64,000 nt of DNA, taken from a virus. Shown here in pieces: positions 1 through 9,587 of the stretch; position 1 is the stretch's first letter, and each line of letters starts with the position of its first letter. The stretch lies in IMG/VR virus record IMGVR_UViG_3300033978_000437, one strand, 5' to 3'. Below the pieces are notes generated by a model that ran no database searches, was not told where the DNA came from, and saw only the letters and a program-made list of their open reading frames with translations. The position numbers and the translations under genes were made by a program.

Positions 1-2394
1 ATGCTTTTTTACATGCTCGATAGAACCATTTGGAATGTAAGAGTATAAGTTCATTGGAGCAGCTGACTTTTCTTTAGCTGCTGCCAAGAAGCCCCTACCA
101 CTCTTTAACGCCTTGAATAATCTCTGTTGTTGCTCCATAGGCATATCACTTAATGCCTCGGCTTCGCTACGAGTCCTTCTGGCAGGCATCATGCCCGCAT
201 ACATGGGCCTAGTACCCAATAACTGCTCTGCTGCCCTACTTGGAACTGTACCAGTTAGCCCTCTTTTGTTCACTTGTAATCTAAACCTATCCGCAAGCTT
301 CTGCTTAAAGGTGTCGTTAGGATCCATAAGCGGGTCAGCTGGGTCATACATGTTAGACATGCGATACGCCAAATGATGGATAGCATTAAGCCTCTCTGAG
401 TCTTTGTTTGATAACTTCACTGGAGTTGAAGTCTGAGGAACAGTAGTAGGAGCAAAGGTTACAGGATGATTGGTCTTAGCCCTAATCCTTGCAGCTAGCT
501 CTTTGAACACTTCTTTCCTTCTTGCCTCATCTCCATCGAAGGACAACTCCACATCGCCCGTGTCCTCGTTGTTGACTCCTAAGCCAGTTAGCCCACGCTC
601 GTCTAATAAAGAGTGATACAACTTCCTAAGCCCAACACCTTGCACCTTATTACCTGAGGCGGTGAAGACTCCTGCACCTTTGGTTAAATTAGGTGGTAGT
701 ATCTTTGAGTCGATCCAATCCATAAGCTGACCCGGCATAGCTTTAACCCGCCTTGGAATATCTCTAGGGAAGGAAAGAGTGTTGTGCACCCATTGTTCAG
801 TTGGGGTGTATTTAGGTGCGTAAGCGCGAGCACGCCAAGGATCTGTAGCGAAGCTTATGGCCTCCCCAATCTGTCCTAAGGGAGTTCTACTCATAGCCGC
901 ATTTGCATTCATTTCCATAAGAAAGTTACTCCTATTCGGAGCCACTTTACCTCTAACAGTAGTCCAACCAGATTCAGGTTTAATAGGAAATTTTGTGCCT
1001 GTGATCAAGGTATGCAGTGAGTTAAAGTTGTTGGGCAATTGAAATTGAAGACCATGCGTAAGTTCATGCCGCATGAATTTATTATTATTTGGAGTAAAAT
1101 TAACAATAGCATTAGTTCTTGGAAGATAATGAGCACCTGGAGGTGTATATATCTCGCCCCAAGGTGCATGTTTGAAATCAGCTGTTGCTTGATTTTTTGC
1201 TACAAATCCCGAATAAGTCCTCTGTAGCGGAGTTCCAGACATCTCAGTCGTTATCTTATCAAATACGCCTTCGGGAGTTTGATTCTCTGGGACCATTGTT
1301 TTAAATTGACTTCTCAATGCTTTAAAAGCTGGAGAGTTTTCACCCCTAACAGCAAAAGTCGGAATGTCACCTACCCCAGTTGACGGAACAACTGTCTTTA
1401 CCCTACCAGTAGCCCGCAACGCTTCTCTAACCGCAGGAAAGCCTGGGTAAAAAGTGTTCTTAACAAAGCTAGGAGTAATAGGACTTTTTATGAGAGTGCT
1501 CAATACTCGGTTAGCTATGTCTGCTATTCCGGCTTCTTTATCTAAATCAGCTGCTGATTTAAGAATCTCTGGTGGGAGCTGAGCACCTGCAGGCAGCGTA
1601 CCAGTCTGTAATAACTCCCGTCCTTTAGCTGTTGCGGGAAGTACTTGGCCGTCAAGTAAAACGGACTGCAGTTGGGATGGCTTTACTAGTGTTTCATATC
1701 TGTTTGAGGTATGATAGAAGAAAGGTTGAAACACTTCTGGGATTGGATTTTTTGGGGTAATAGAAGTCAATTGGTGTTTACGAATATGATTCTTTATCTT
1801 CATTGAATCTTGCCATGCCCTATAGGCATAATTTAACCCTCTAGTTGGATCAATTCTATCATGACCCATCAGCTGAGTTCGATCTCGTTCAAAGCCATAA
1901 TCAGGCATATATCTTTGATTTTTTGTTGTTCCATAAACACCAACTAAACTTTTAGGGCTGTAAACAGTGCCATCATAACTGTCAGGGGGAACATAGTTAG
2001 AACGTGGCCCTAACAGTCTTGGTTGCTTTATTCGACCATATGCCGCAGCAACGCCTTTAAATGGGGTAGCATGAAGATAATCAGTAGAATAACCTCCACG
2101 AGTCAAATCAGCTACATTCCCGCCACGAAATACTTGAGCAGGTTCTGCAGATCTTGAAAAACCTATAGTTGCACCTGCTGGGCCGCTAGGCAGGCTATCT
2201 AATGCCTTAGCAAACCCTTCTCCTGGTAATTTTATGCCTTGTTGCTTTGCTGCTAATTGCAATGCTCCAATTCGTGGATACTCTGCAACAACATCTTTAC
2301 CCAACAAAGCAGTTAAGCCTTGAACTGTACGCCAGCGTGACGCAGTCTTCTCCATCCGAGCAAGCATCAATCGCAGTTTAGGAATGTTAGCCAT
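1..2394 (-). CDS. Large multidomain protein (>=798 aa, runs off the left edge): ART-like region, HExxH motif, acylphosphatase-like domain
   Basis: Manual translation from ATG 2394 (MANIPKLRL...) stays open to base 1, so it is absent from the ORF track. Contains VFRG..HATPF..AAAY..YET, HELTH and GNKVQGVGLR..GLTGLGVNNEDTGDVE. Confidence 0.65.
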   Translation of the reverse strand, partial: MANIPKLRLMLARMEKTASRWRTVQGLTALLGKDVVAEYPRIGALQLAAKQQGIKLPGEGFAKALDSLPSGPAGATIGFSRSAEPAQVFRGGNVADLTRGGYSTDYLHATPFKGVAAAYGRIKQPRLLGPRSNYVPPDSYDGTVYSPKSLVGVYGTTKNQRYMPDYGFERDRTQLMGHDRIDPTRGLNYAYRAWQDSMKIKNHIRKHQLTSITPKNPIPEVFQPFFYHTSNRYETLVKPSQLQSVLLDGQVLPATAKGRELLQTGTLPAGAQLPPEILKSAADLDKEAGIADIANRVLSTLIKSPITPSFVKNTFYPGFPAVREALRATGRVKTVVPSTGVGDIPTFAVRGENSPAFKALRSQFKTMVPENQTPEGVFDKITTEMSGTPLQRTYSGFVAKNQATADFKHAPWGEIYTPPGAHYLPRTNAIVNFTPNNNKFMRHELTHGLQFQLPNNFNSLHTLITGTKFPIKPESGWTTVRGKVAPNRSNFLMEMNANAAMSRTPLGQIGEAISFATDPWRARAYAPKYTPTEQWVHNTLSFPRDIPRRVKAMPGQLMDWIDSKILPPNLTKGAGVFTASGNKVQGVGLRKLYHSLLDERGLTGLGVNNEDTGDVELSFDGDEARRKEVFKELAARIRAKTNHPVTFAPTTVPQTSTPVKLSNKDSERLNAIHHLAYRMSNMYDPADPLMDPNDTFKQKLADRFRLQVNKRGLTGTVPSRAAEQLLGTRPMYAGMMPARRTRSEAEALSDMPMEQQQRLFKALKSGRGFLAAAKEKSAAPMNLYSYIPNGSIEHVKKH

Positions 2395-2410
2395 GGTTAG
2401 TCTCGTTAAT

Positions 2411-3070
2411 TTAAAGTCTCTTTAGCACTTCACGCACCAACGGATGGCGAAGAGACTCACCCTCCGTAAAGGTGTGTGTGCATGCTGTGGGCATAGAGGA
2501 CAATCGCTGCATCACAGACAGTATATCACAAGGTGTGTTGTCAGGGTTGTGTGGTTTAACATCAGTTTGTTCGGGGTCACAGGAGATGAGTACCTTAGAG
2601 TTGTTACCCACCCTAGTCAAAAACATCTTAAGTTGGCTATAGGTTGCGTTTTGAGCCTCATCAAGGAACAATACAGTGTCTTCAAAGGTATCGCCCCGCA
2701 TATAGGCTAAGGGCTGAAACAACACAGCTTCCTCAGGCAACTTATAAGTTAAGCGTTTGATCAATCTTCGGATTGGATCGAAGTAAGGACTTATCTTCTC
2801 TTCCACGGTGCCTGGGAGGAATCCCAGAGTATCTCCAACCTCTACAATGGGCCTAACCACAAGGATCTGCTTCTTTTCACCAGCTAACAGCTCTTGCAGT
2901 GCACAGGCTAGGGCACAATGAGTTTTGCCGGTTCCAGCGGGTCCGGTGAGAAATATGAGGTCATGGGTGGGGTAATCTTTAGCAACTTTGATCTGAGTCG
3001 GGTTTGCAGGTTTGAAGTGGAACACAGTTTCTTGTAATGATGCAGTTGTATTAGGTTTCTTCTTGGCCAT
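2411..3070 (-). CDS. phoH: PhoH-family ATPase
   Basis: GPAGTGKT, GFLPG, AYMRGDTF, LDEAQN, FLTRVG motifs. Confidence 0.92.
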   Translation of the reverse strand: MAKKKPNTTASLQETVFHFKPANPTQIKVAKDYPTHDLIFLTGPAGTGKTHCALACALQELLAGEKKQILVVRPIVEVGDTLGFLPGTVEEKISPYFDPIRRLIKRLTYKLPEEAVLFQPLAYMRGDTFEDTVLFLDEAQNATYSQLKMFLTRVGNNSKVLISCDPEQTDVKPHNPDNTPCDILSVMQRLSSMPTACTHTFTEGESLRHPLVREVLKRL

Positions 3071-3527
3071 GGTAAGACTCCTTGTTAAAGGTGAATTGTT
3101 TCCAAGGTCGGTATATTCGGTTTAAGTAATGGAAGCAGAGATAATCTTCACTAGCTTGCGTACACACAGGGCGGTACAGCAATACTTCAGTCTTAGGCAA
3201 CTGTACTAGTATGCAGTGCTCATGCCCTAGCATGCTGAACTTCTTAATCCAGTGGCATAACGACTTTCTTTGACCTGCTACTAGGTTCACAGATAAGCAG
3301 TTAAATTCCGGATTTAAGTTACAGTGCCAACCATTACACACTAGGTCAGATAGCCCCTTAGAGCTCATATCTTGAAGCGTAGCCTTCTGTCTACAACGAC
3401 TTATCTGCATTGATACAGGCCATGCTGTCAGATGCGGGGCTGAAGCGATATCGGGTAGGGCTTTGGCTGTTTTCATAGTGCGTCTCATAAGATATGAGTC
3501 TACCCAAGACATGCCTAAATAGTACAC
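3051..3527 (-). CDS. Hypothetical protein
   Basis: 158-aa ORF tiling between neighbours; start uncertain. Confidence 0.5.
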   Translation of the reverse strand: MYYLGMSWVDSYLMRRTMKTAKALPDIASAPHLTAWPVSMQISRCRQKATLQDMSSKGLSDLVCNGWHCNLNPEFNCLSVNLVAGQRKSLCHWIKKFSMLGHEHCILVQLPKTEVLLYRPVCTQASEDYLCFHYLNRIYRPWKQFTFNKESYHGQEET

Positions 3528-3625
3528 AGCAGCATTACAAATATGATCAAAGTTATTAATATTATCGCCAGCCTACAATATAGACTGGCGATGCTTCCAT
3601 ATCTCAGCCTAACAGAGATATAGTG

Positions 3626-4333
3626 CTATTTTTTAGGTATCAGACTGATTGGGGTCAGCGAGAACACTGTGTCGCCACCACGGATCCTAATACCATAGCC
3701 ATCTTGGCTACCAGTCTTACCGTGACAGGACATACAGGACTGCCCCGCACCAGTGAAACCACTAGGGGCGCAATCAACATCGGTGAATATTACTTTGGAT
3801 GTCCATTCATCTTCACCTACCTTCTCTCGCTTACGCACCTCAAAGGTTTGTTTCTTGTGCGTTAGCATGTCAATGAAGATAGAACCCTTGGGCCAACCCC
3901 ACTTGTGCATGGGTAATGCCCTTCTTGCCCCTGCATCCACATGTTCAATGTAGAGGTTTACTTCCGCATCCTTGGGGAACGAGACTCCCACATAGGATAC
4001 AAAGTCGGCTAGATCATCTGTACCACCCGAGGTTGCCCAAGGGAACTTGCGGTTAGGATTAGTTTCCCTTGCAATGCTGTCATCTTGGCTGGTAGGTACC
4101 CAGACATGGTGATCCAGTCCATTGGTGATGGTGAGTCGCTGGCTGTAGTTAGATCGGTTGTAGAAGTGTAGCCTGTCGGGGAATGCTAATCCCTTGGGCC
4201 ACATCTTATGGATCCTTTGTTGTTCCGCTAAGGATAAGTATTGATCTTGGCCCGCATTGGGGAAAGAAACTGCTCCCTGCAGGGGCAGTGCAATTAAAAC
4301 AAATACGCAATTAAACATGAGAATTCCTTTCAA
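3626..4333 (-). CDS. Secreted protein with a CxxCH heme-binding motif (putative c-type cytochrome)
   Basis: Hydrophobic N-terminal signal-like segment; C-terminal SCMSCHG (CxxCH at 3722-3736). Confidence 0.55.
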   Translation of the reverse strand: MKGILMFNCVFVLIALPLQGAVSFPNAGQDQYLSLAEQQRIHKMWPKGLAFPDRLHFYNRSNYSQRLTITNGLDHHVWVPTSQDDSIARETNPNRKFPWATSGGTDDLADFVSYVGVSFPKDAEVNLYIEHVDAGARRALPMHKWGWPKGSIFIDMLTHKKQTFEVRKREKVGEDEWTSKVIFTDVDCAPSGFTGAGQSCMSCHGKTGSQDGYGIRIRGGDTVFSLTPISLIPKK

Positions 4334-4347
4334 GAGAGTTTATAACA

Positions 4348-4698
4348 TCAACTAATGTCTTTTCTAAAGCCTTTGGTTATCGGTTCCACCTCTCGATCTA
4401 TCCATAGGACATGTACAGTAACACTACGAAGATTGGGCCATTCCAGCTTCTCGAAGACAAAGCCTTCCTTACGGAGCTTTTCCATGTCTTCCTCTACAGC
4501 TTCCATCGCTCCAACTGAGCATTCCTTGGAAGTGTTTCGCCTAGCGAATCGGGCAGCAAGCTCTTGGCTCGCAAATGTAGGGACAGTCGGTTGATCCTCC
4601 TTCTGGTACACCAGCAGAGGACATACACGATTGTTGCGAAGTTCATTTAGAAATTCAGATTTGTTTAATTCACCACCATCCGATAGTGCGAACCACAT
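4348..4698 (-). CDS. Hypothetical protein
   Basis: 116-aa ORF, operon-like spacing. Confidence 0.6.
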   Translation of the reverse strand: MWFALSDGGELNKSEFLNELRNNRVCPLLVYQKEDQPTVPTFASQELAARFARRNTSKECSVGAMEAVEEDMEKLRKEGFVFEKLEWPNLRSVTVHVLWIDREVEPITKGFRKDIS

Positions 4699-4717
4699 AC
4701 ATGCATCCTTGCAAGTT

Positions 4718-4730
4718 AAAATCCGGATTT
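4718..4730. promoter_or_regulatory. Dyad motif AAAATCCRGATTTT copy
   Basis: Intergenic palindromic AAATCCGGATTT just upstream of the 4698 start. Confidence 0.5.
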
Positions 4731-4744
4731 GAAACTAAGTTTCA

Positions 4745-5014
4745 TCACTTAATAAAAACCGGTTTATCGGGCATGCCACGTTTCTGCACCTGTTGCTCTA
4801 GCTGGTGTGCTAGATCTCCCAAGGTTTGGTGCATGCCATTGTCTAATATAGCTTTGTCTATGCCCCAGCGATCTTCAATCACGAACCATAGCTCCATAGA
4901 GCTAAGACTGTCTATTCCTAACGAATGGAAGGTATCGGTAGCTCGAATGCGGTCCGCAGCTATGTCCAAATGCTCCGCCACGATGTCCACTAAATTGCCG
5001 TATAAGTTAGCCAT
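4745..5014 (-). CDS. Acyl carrier protein-like
   Basis: LGIDSLSSMEL..IEDRWGI phosphopantetheine-site motif; likely start ATG 5014 with purine-rich RBS. Confidence 0.8.
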   Translation of the reverse strand: MANLYGNLVDIVAEHLDIAADRIRATDTFHSLGIDSLSSMELWFVIEDRWGIDKAILDNGMHQTLGDLAHQLEQQVQKRGMPDKPVFIK

Positions 5015-5111
5015 TAGCTCGTCCTTTCTCCATCTATTCTGATATCCGTCACAATATCGGCCTATTTCAAGGGTATTAGCCAAATAAGGGTGTTCGATAT
5101 TGTAATTTATG

Positions 5112-5684
5112 TCAAGTGCCTTTTCTAACTAACCAGCTAGTATCATTGAAAACAACATCTGGCTCCCCATAGATCTCATTCACAGCCTTATCGACATACC
5201 CTACCCAGCCACCACCATAATCATGCCCAGCTACAAACCCACCTTTACGAACTAAATCCCTATAGTTCAATATGTCTTTCTTCACTTGTTCATACTGGTG
5301 CATGCCATCTATATACACAACATCAAAGCAGTGCACTACTGGGTTATTCATTAACTCTTGGATCGCATCATCAGACTTCTTTTTTATTAGTTCGTAATTA
5401 TTGTATCTACCCATTCTCGCACAGAATTCAACGTAAATGGCAGACATGGGCACACCCTCACTACAGACTCTATCACTACCATCGTAGTCGTCTAAAAAAG
5501 GATCAACAGTAACTACAGTTTTGAAGTTTTGGCAGAAGATAGCGGTGGATTCACCTGTGTAAGCACCTATCTCCAATAACCTCATGTTTTTGATTGGGGA
5601 CCTTTTATCTATATACGCTATCATGTCCCTCAAACCTTGCTCATACTGGCCCACTCTCATTTGAATAATGCTAGATACGATCAT
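5112..5684 (-). CDS. Class I SAM-dependent methyltransferase (Methyltransf_24-like)
   Basis: LLEIGAYTGES, VDPF, FDVVYIDGMHQY, GGFVAGHDY. Confidence 0.82.
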   Translation of the reverse strand: MIVSSIIQMRVGQYEQGLRDMIAYIDKRSPIKNMRLLEIGAYTGESTAIFCQNFKTVVTVDPFLDDYDGSDRVCSEGVPMSAIYVEFCARMGRYNNYELIKKKSDDAIQELMNNPVVHCFDVVYIDGMHQYEQVKKDILNYRDLVRKGGFVAGHDYGGGWVGYVDKAVNEIYGEPDVVFNDTSWLVRKGT

Positions 5685-5685
5685 G

Positions 5686-6228
5686 TTATTCCTTTTCAGT
5701 TTTTCTTACTAACCAGCTTGCGTCTCTGAATCTCATTTGAGGCTTACCCAAGCACTCATTAACTGCTTGTTCTACGCCCGGCCAGCCATCTTCATAATCA
5801 TGCCCAGTAATAAAGCCATTCGGTTTTACTAGCTTTTGATAGTTTAATATGTCTTTCTTTACATAGTCATAATCATGATTACCATCTATGTACACCACAT
5901 CGAACTGTCGATTTGCTAACTCTTCAAAAGCATCATTAGAGGTTTTTCGTATTAAATTATGGTTAGCATAGGGCTTCATCCTAAAACAGAATGCACCATG
6001 AACCTCATTGCCATCAGCAAATTTGGAATCAACTATATTGTGAGGATCTACAGCGGTAACACTTTCAAAGTGCTGGCAGAAGACTGAAGTGGATTCTCCA
6101 GTATATGACCCTATCTCAAGTAGTCTCATGCTTTTAGTTGGATATATGTTATTTATGTAGCTTATAAGGTCTAACAGCCCTTGCGTTAGGTTCTTGTCAC
6201 CACGCATTGACCTATATTTAGCACCCAT
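5686..6228 (-). CDS. Class I SAM-dependent methyltransferase, paralog of 5112-5684
   Basis: LLEIGSYTGES, FDVVYIDGNHDY, GFITGHDY. Confidence 0.82.
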   Translation of the reverse strand: MGAKYRSMRGDKNLTQGLLDLISYINNIYPTKSMRLLEIGSYTGESTSVFCQHFESVTAVDPHNIVDSKFADGNEVHGAFCFRMKPYANHNLIRKTSNDAFEELANRQFDVVYIDGNHDYDYVKKDILNYQKLVKPNGFITGHDYEDGWPGVEQAVNECLGKPQMRFRDASWLVRKTEKE

Positions 6229-6298
6229 TTTGTAATTCCTTTGTGAGTTAAAACAGCGGGTTGAATCCTTTCATTCCCGCCGTTAATAAGGCAAAATA

Positions 6299-6604
6299 CT
6301 AAGTATTAAAGATAGCAATCGATGAATCTGGGCTCGACATTGTACCCGCTACGGCTTTAGTTGCAGTTACATCTGGACTGATTTTAAGTCTTTGTCCATT
6401 TGACAACATGATGCCATAGTTGTTACTTACACTGAACACTTCTACTGGTCTCTTTTCTGACAATAGCTTCTTTGCCCAATCAAGGAACTTATCAGAGTCA
6501 TCAGAAATACTTGTAGGTATCTCATATGCCTTACGATACTCTGTTTCCAAATAACTGAGCAAGTCTACCAATTCTCCAGACATCTTGCTTATAGTACTAT
6601 TCAT
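6299..6604 (-). CDS. Hypothetical protein
   Basis: 101-aa ORF with AAGGA RBS, directly after the tubulin-like gene. Confidence 0.6.
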   Translation of the reverse strand: MNSTISKMSGELVDLLSYLETEYRKAYEIPTSISDDSDKFLDWAKKLLSEKRPVEVFSVSNNYGIMLSNGQRLKISPDVTATKAVAGTMSSPDSSIAIFNT

Positions 6605-6616
6605 ATCAATCCTTTC

Positions 6617-7912
6617 TTAATCATTCACACCGAGGAACTGAGCTAACCCACTGGTCAGCTGACTTTTAGAAATGTTAGCTTCTTTTGCCAACTTAGCCAA
6701 GGTAGGCAAGGGTGGCTTAAGATCACTAATCATAGCATAGGCTTGTAAACCGGGCGATGAGCCAATGTACACACCCCTATGCACTACACTAGTACCACCC
6801 TTCAATGTACGATTCATTTGCGTGAACCCTGCATCGAAGTATTCCAAACCAAGGTTGTCTAAGTGGTTTTGATCTCCCACAAACAGACAAGCACCCTTAG
6901 TTCCTTGCTTCAGATCTACTTCAGCTAACACATTGTTAGTGAGCTGATCTCTAATCGCTGCAGAAATGTCTGCAGGACTTGTAATGTTTTGTAAGCTAGC
7001 TGCACCCATCACACAAATACCATGATCCAGCAACTGAGCTAGCTCACTGCGATCAAAGGTGATTAAAGGGCTATGTACCGCAGCCAATTGGTTAAACAAA
7101 TGGAATAGCTGACTGACTGTGCTATTAGCCACATTGTACAGCTGTGCCATGCCTGGGCGGTACAATTGGTTAATGCGGGCATTGTCAATCAAGATTAATG
7201 GGCTTACTTTGAGCTCCATTAGTCTTTGGAAAGATGTAACTGCATTACGACATACTTGCTGACCTTCCGTAAAAGCCGGAATTGAAGCTATCACTCCAAC
7301 TCGAGGTGGCTTGCCCTTAGACTCTAAGTACTCTCTAGCCACTTGCACCAGCTTACCACTAGTACCAGAGCCAGTACCACCACCTAAACCTACACAGATT
7401 AGGCCATAGTCCACATCGTTGCCCCACGAGCGTTGCAACAGATCCCAGATTTCCTCTTCGTGTCCATTTATTGCTTGTTCCGCAAACCTCGCATCTTTTG
7501 CAGCTCCACCCAATTGCAGCGTATGTCGCTGAATCTCATCGGGTAATCCTTGGAAGTCGCTCTCTGCGGTGTTGAATAAGGCCACTCGTCTATAGCCTAA
7601 AGACCAGAAGCTGGAGGCTAAGCGAGCACCGCCCTGCCCAGACCCCAGAAATGCCATGTTAAATGCGACATCATAAGGAAAGGCATCGTTTACCACTACT
7701 TGGGTTGCCGCTTGCTTATGGGCAGCAGGATTCAATGCTGCAGCGATGTTACCTATGTGCACAACGCCGGGGGCTGCAACTGGAGGTGCGATTGAAGGTG
7801 TGGCGACAGGGGCAACTGGGGCAGCAATGGGAGGGGTGGCAATGGGGATGCCCGATGCCTTGCTCAACGATGCCTTCATTTGCTGCTCAATCGAACCATC
7901 TGAATTACTCAT
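6617..7912 (-). CDS. Tubulin/FtsZ-superfamily GTPase with Pro/Ala-rich N-terminal extension
   Basis: GSGQGGARLA (T1), GLGGGTGSG (tubulin signature), LIDN, FDRSEL. Confidence 0.9.
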   Translation of the reverse strand: MSNSDGSIEQQMKASLSKASGIPIATPPIAAPVAPVATPSIAPPVAAPGVVHIGNIAAALNPAAHKQAATQVVVNDAFPYDVAFNMAFLGSGQGGARLASSFWSLGYRRVALFNTAESDFQGLPDEIQRHTLQLGGAAKDARFAEQAINGHEEEIWDLLQRSWGNDVDYGLICVGLGGGTGSGTSGKLVQVAREYLESKGKPPRVGVIASIPAFTEGQQVCRNAVTSFQRLMELKVSPLILIDNARINQLYRPGMAQLYNVANSTVSQLFHLFNQLAAVHSPLITFDRSELAQLLDHGICVMGAASLQNITSPADISAAIRDQLTNNVLAEVDLKQGTKGACLFVGDQNHLDNLGLEYFDAGFTQMNRTLKGGTSVVHRGVYIGSSPGLQAYAMISDLKPPLPTLAKLAKEANISKSQLTSGLAQFLGVND

Positions 7913-7936
7913 TGCGTTATCCTTGTTTTAAAAACA

Positions 7937-8527
7937 TTAAATAGAAGTTAGAAACTTATCTAAATTCTCAAACTGATTGTCTTTAACTTCAGAGTTTGTC
8001 ATTGTGAAAACTTTATTAAACAATTTCAAGTGCGTATTGTACCTCTTACGGTAACAATTGCAGATAGATTTTATGTAATCAGGATTAAACGAACCCTTGG
8101 TCCAACGTGTAATCATAGCTGCATCTTCAGCCTCTGTTGCTTGTACATCTATTACAATATTAGTTATATTAACCCACAAATCTAAAAATGGAGCCATTGT
8201 TGTGCCCGAGATAACTGCAGGACTATTGAATTTAGCAATAAACTCAGCTGGGCCAGGAAATGGAGTAGGGTAATAAAGAGGAATCTGATCACTTAAACAA
8301 CTAACTCCATGGTTTTCACAAATATCTTCATGAATCCTCTGTGACTCGTAATTTTGAAAATCATGTTCAAAATAAAAATTAACATGTGGCATTTCTATGT
8401 CTTGATTAGGCCACAACACTGCCCAGCCAAAATTGTATAATCTTCTAGCTACTTGGTTTACCCAAGCTCCGGGAGTACCCGCTACCAACACATGCTTGGT
8501 TACACAAACTCGTTGCAAATGAACCAT
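7937..8527 (-). CDS. Hypothetical protein, weakly sulfotransferase/P-loop-like
   Basis: VLVAGTPG..RRLYNFG..YFEH..RIHEDI resembles a degenerate sulfotransferase N-terminus; inference. Confidence 0.3.
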   Translation of the reverse strand: MVHLQRVCVTKHVLVAGTPGAWVNQVARRLYNFGWAVLWPNQDIEMPHVNFYFEHDFQNYESQRIHEDICENHGVSCLSDQIPLYYPTPFPGPAEFIAKFNSPAVISGTTMAPFLDLWVNITNIVIDVQATEAEDAAMITRWTKGSFNPDYIKSICNCYRKRYNTHLKLFNKVFTMTNSEVKDNQFENLDKFLTSI

Positions 8528-9564
8528 TCAAAAGCTTTCTGTTTCTTACGCACATACTCTGCTGTAACCAGCTGCATGGACTCTAGTAACTCTGTGGGAA
8601 CCTCAGCTAACTCCGACAAGGCAATTTCCACATCATCTAAAGACACTTCGGCAATAGGAGCTGGCTGTTCATCTAACCCACACACAATTAGCTTACCATT
8701 GGAGTCGTCCACCAAATGGGCTCCCACTGGAGGAATATCATGACAAGCCAAAACTGAGGAACTACTAACCAAGGCTGCCATGACCGACCCATAAGTATAT
8801 CTAGTGTTCGCCATGTAGACCCAATCATGCTGACGAGCTAGATTACTGTAGTCATAGTAAGGCGGGCTGGTTACACAAGCAACTCTATTAGGATAAGCCT
8901 GTTGAAGCTGCTTGATATCTGTACGATATCTGCGAGGCATGGAGTGTTCTAACAAAAAAGTAAATCTAGTCCCACTGTAATTGTCTAAAAGCGAATAAAA
9001 TATATCTAACAGTTCTGGTCCCATATCTAATTTTACTGACTTAGATAAAACAATTAAAAACTGTTGAAGGCCAGGCTGTACCCACCCACACTTTGGAGAT
9101 AACAATTTATCCGGAACTACCAAGTTAGCCCAAGTGCGATTAGGCAAAACCCTGCCTTGATGCTTGTCTAACCAATTAGATAAGTCATGGCTTAAACAAA
9201 TAATTCGATCTGCCATTTTTAGAAATGTTGAGTTATCTTCATTCCACATTCCCCAATAAGGGAAGTAATAATGTAAAGTCTGATACTTTGGGCTAAATGA
9301 ACTTACTAGCTTAGCTTCTTGTAATGCCCATATGCTAGGGCTAAACCAGCACAAATGTGTTGCTTGAAAAGCCCAATGATGTATCGAATCTTCGTTTGCT
9401 CGTTTAACCTTACAATCCCATATAGGGTGAATGCCCTTTGAAACCTTACCATCAGCTAGAAATTCTACTTCAATACCGCAACGCACTAACCAGTCTGCTA
9501 TTTGCACGGCTGCTAAAGTGGTTTCGTTGCGAACATAGGGAGCAAAAATTCCAACTTTGAGCAC
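8500..9564 (-). CDS. Putative GT-B-fold glycosyltransferase-like protein
   Basis: MLKVGIFAPY start, ADRIICLSH, HDWVY..YGSVMAAL..LACHDIPP; glyco-cluster context. Confidence 0.4.
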   Translation of the reverse strand: MLKVGIFAPYVRNETTLAAVQIADWLVRCGIEVEFLADGKVSKGIHPIWDCKVKRANEDSIHHWAFQATHLCWFSPSIWALQEAKLVSSFSPKYQTLHYYFPYWGMWNEDNSTFLKMADRIICLSHDLSNWLDKHQGRVLPNRTWANLVVPDKLLSPKCGWVQPGLQQFLIVLSKSVKLDMGPELLDIFYSLLDNYSGTRFTFLLEHSMPRRYRTDIKQLQQAYPNRVACVTSPPYYDYSNLARQHDWVYMANTRYTYGSVMAALVSSSSVLACHDIPPVGAHLVDDSNGKLIVCGLDEQPAPIAEVSLDDVEIALSELAEVPTELLESMQLVTAEYVRKKQKAFEWFICNEFV

Positions 9565-9587
9565 GATAACTCCTAGGCTTGAATTAT

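Noticed and set aside
113-1227. Short plus-strand ORFs 113-376, 857-1042, 1039-1227
   Set aside because: Antisense to the long open minus-strand frame 2394->1
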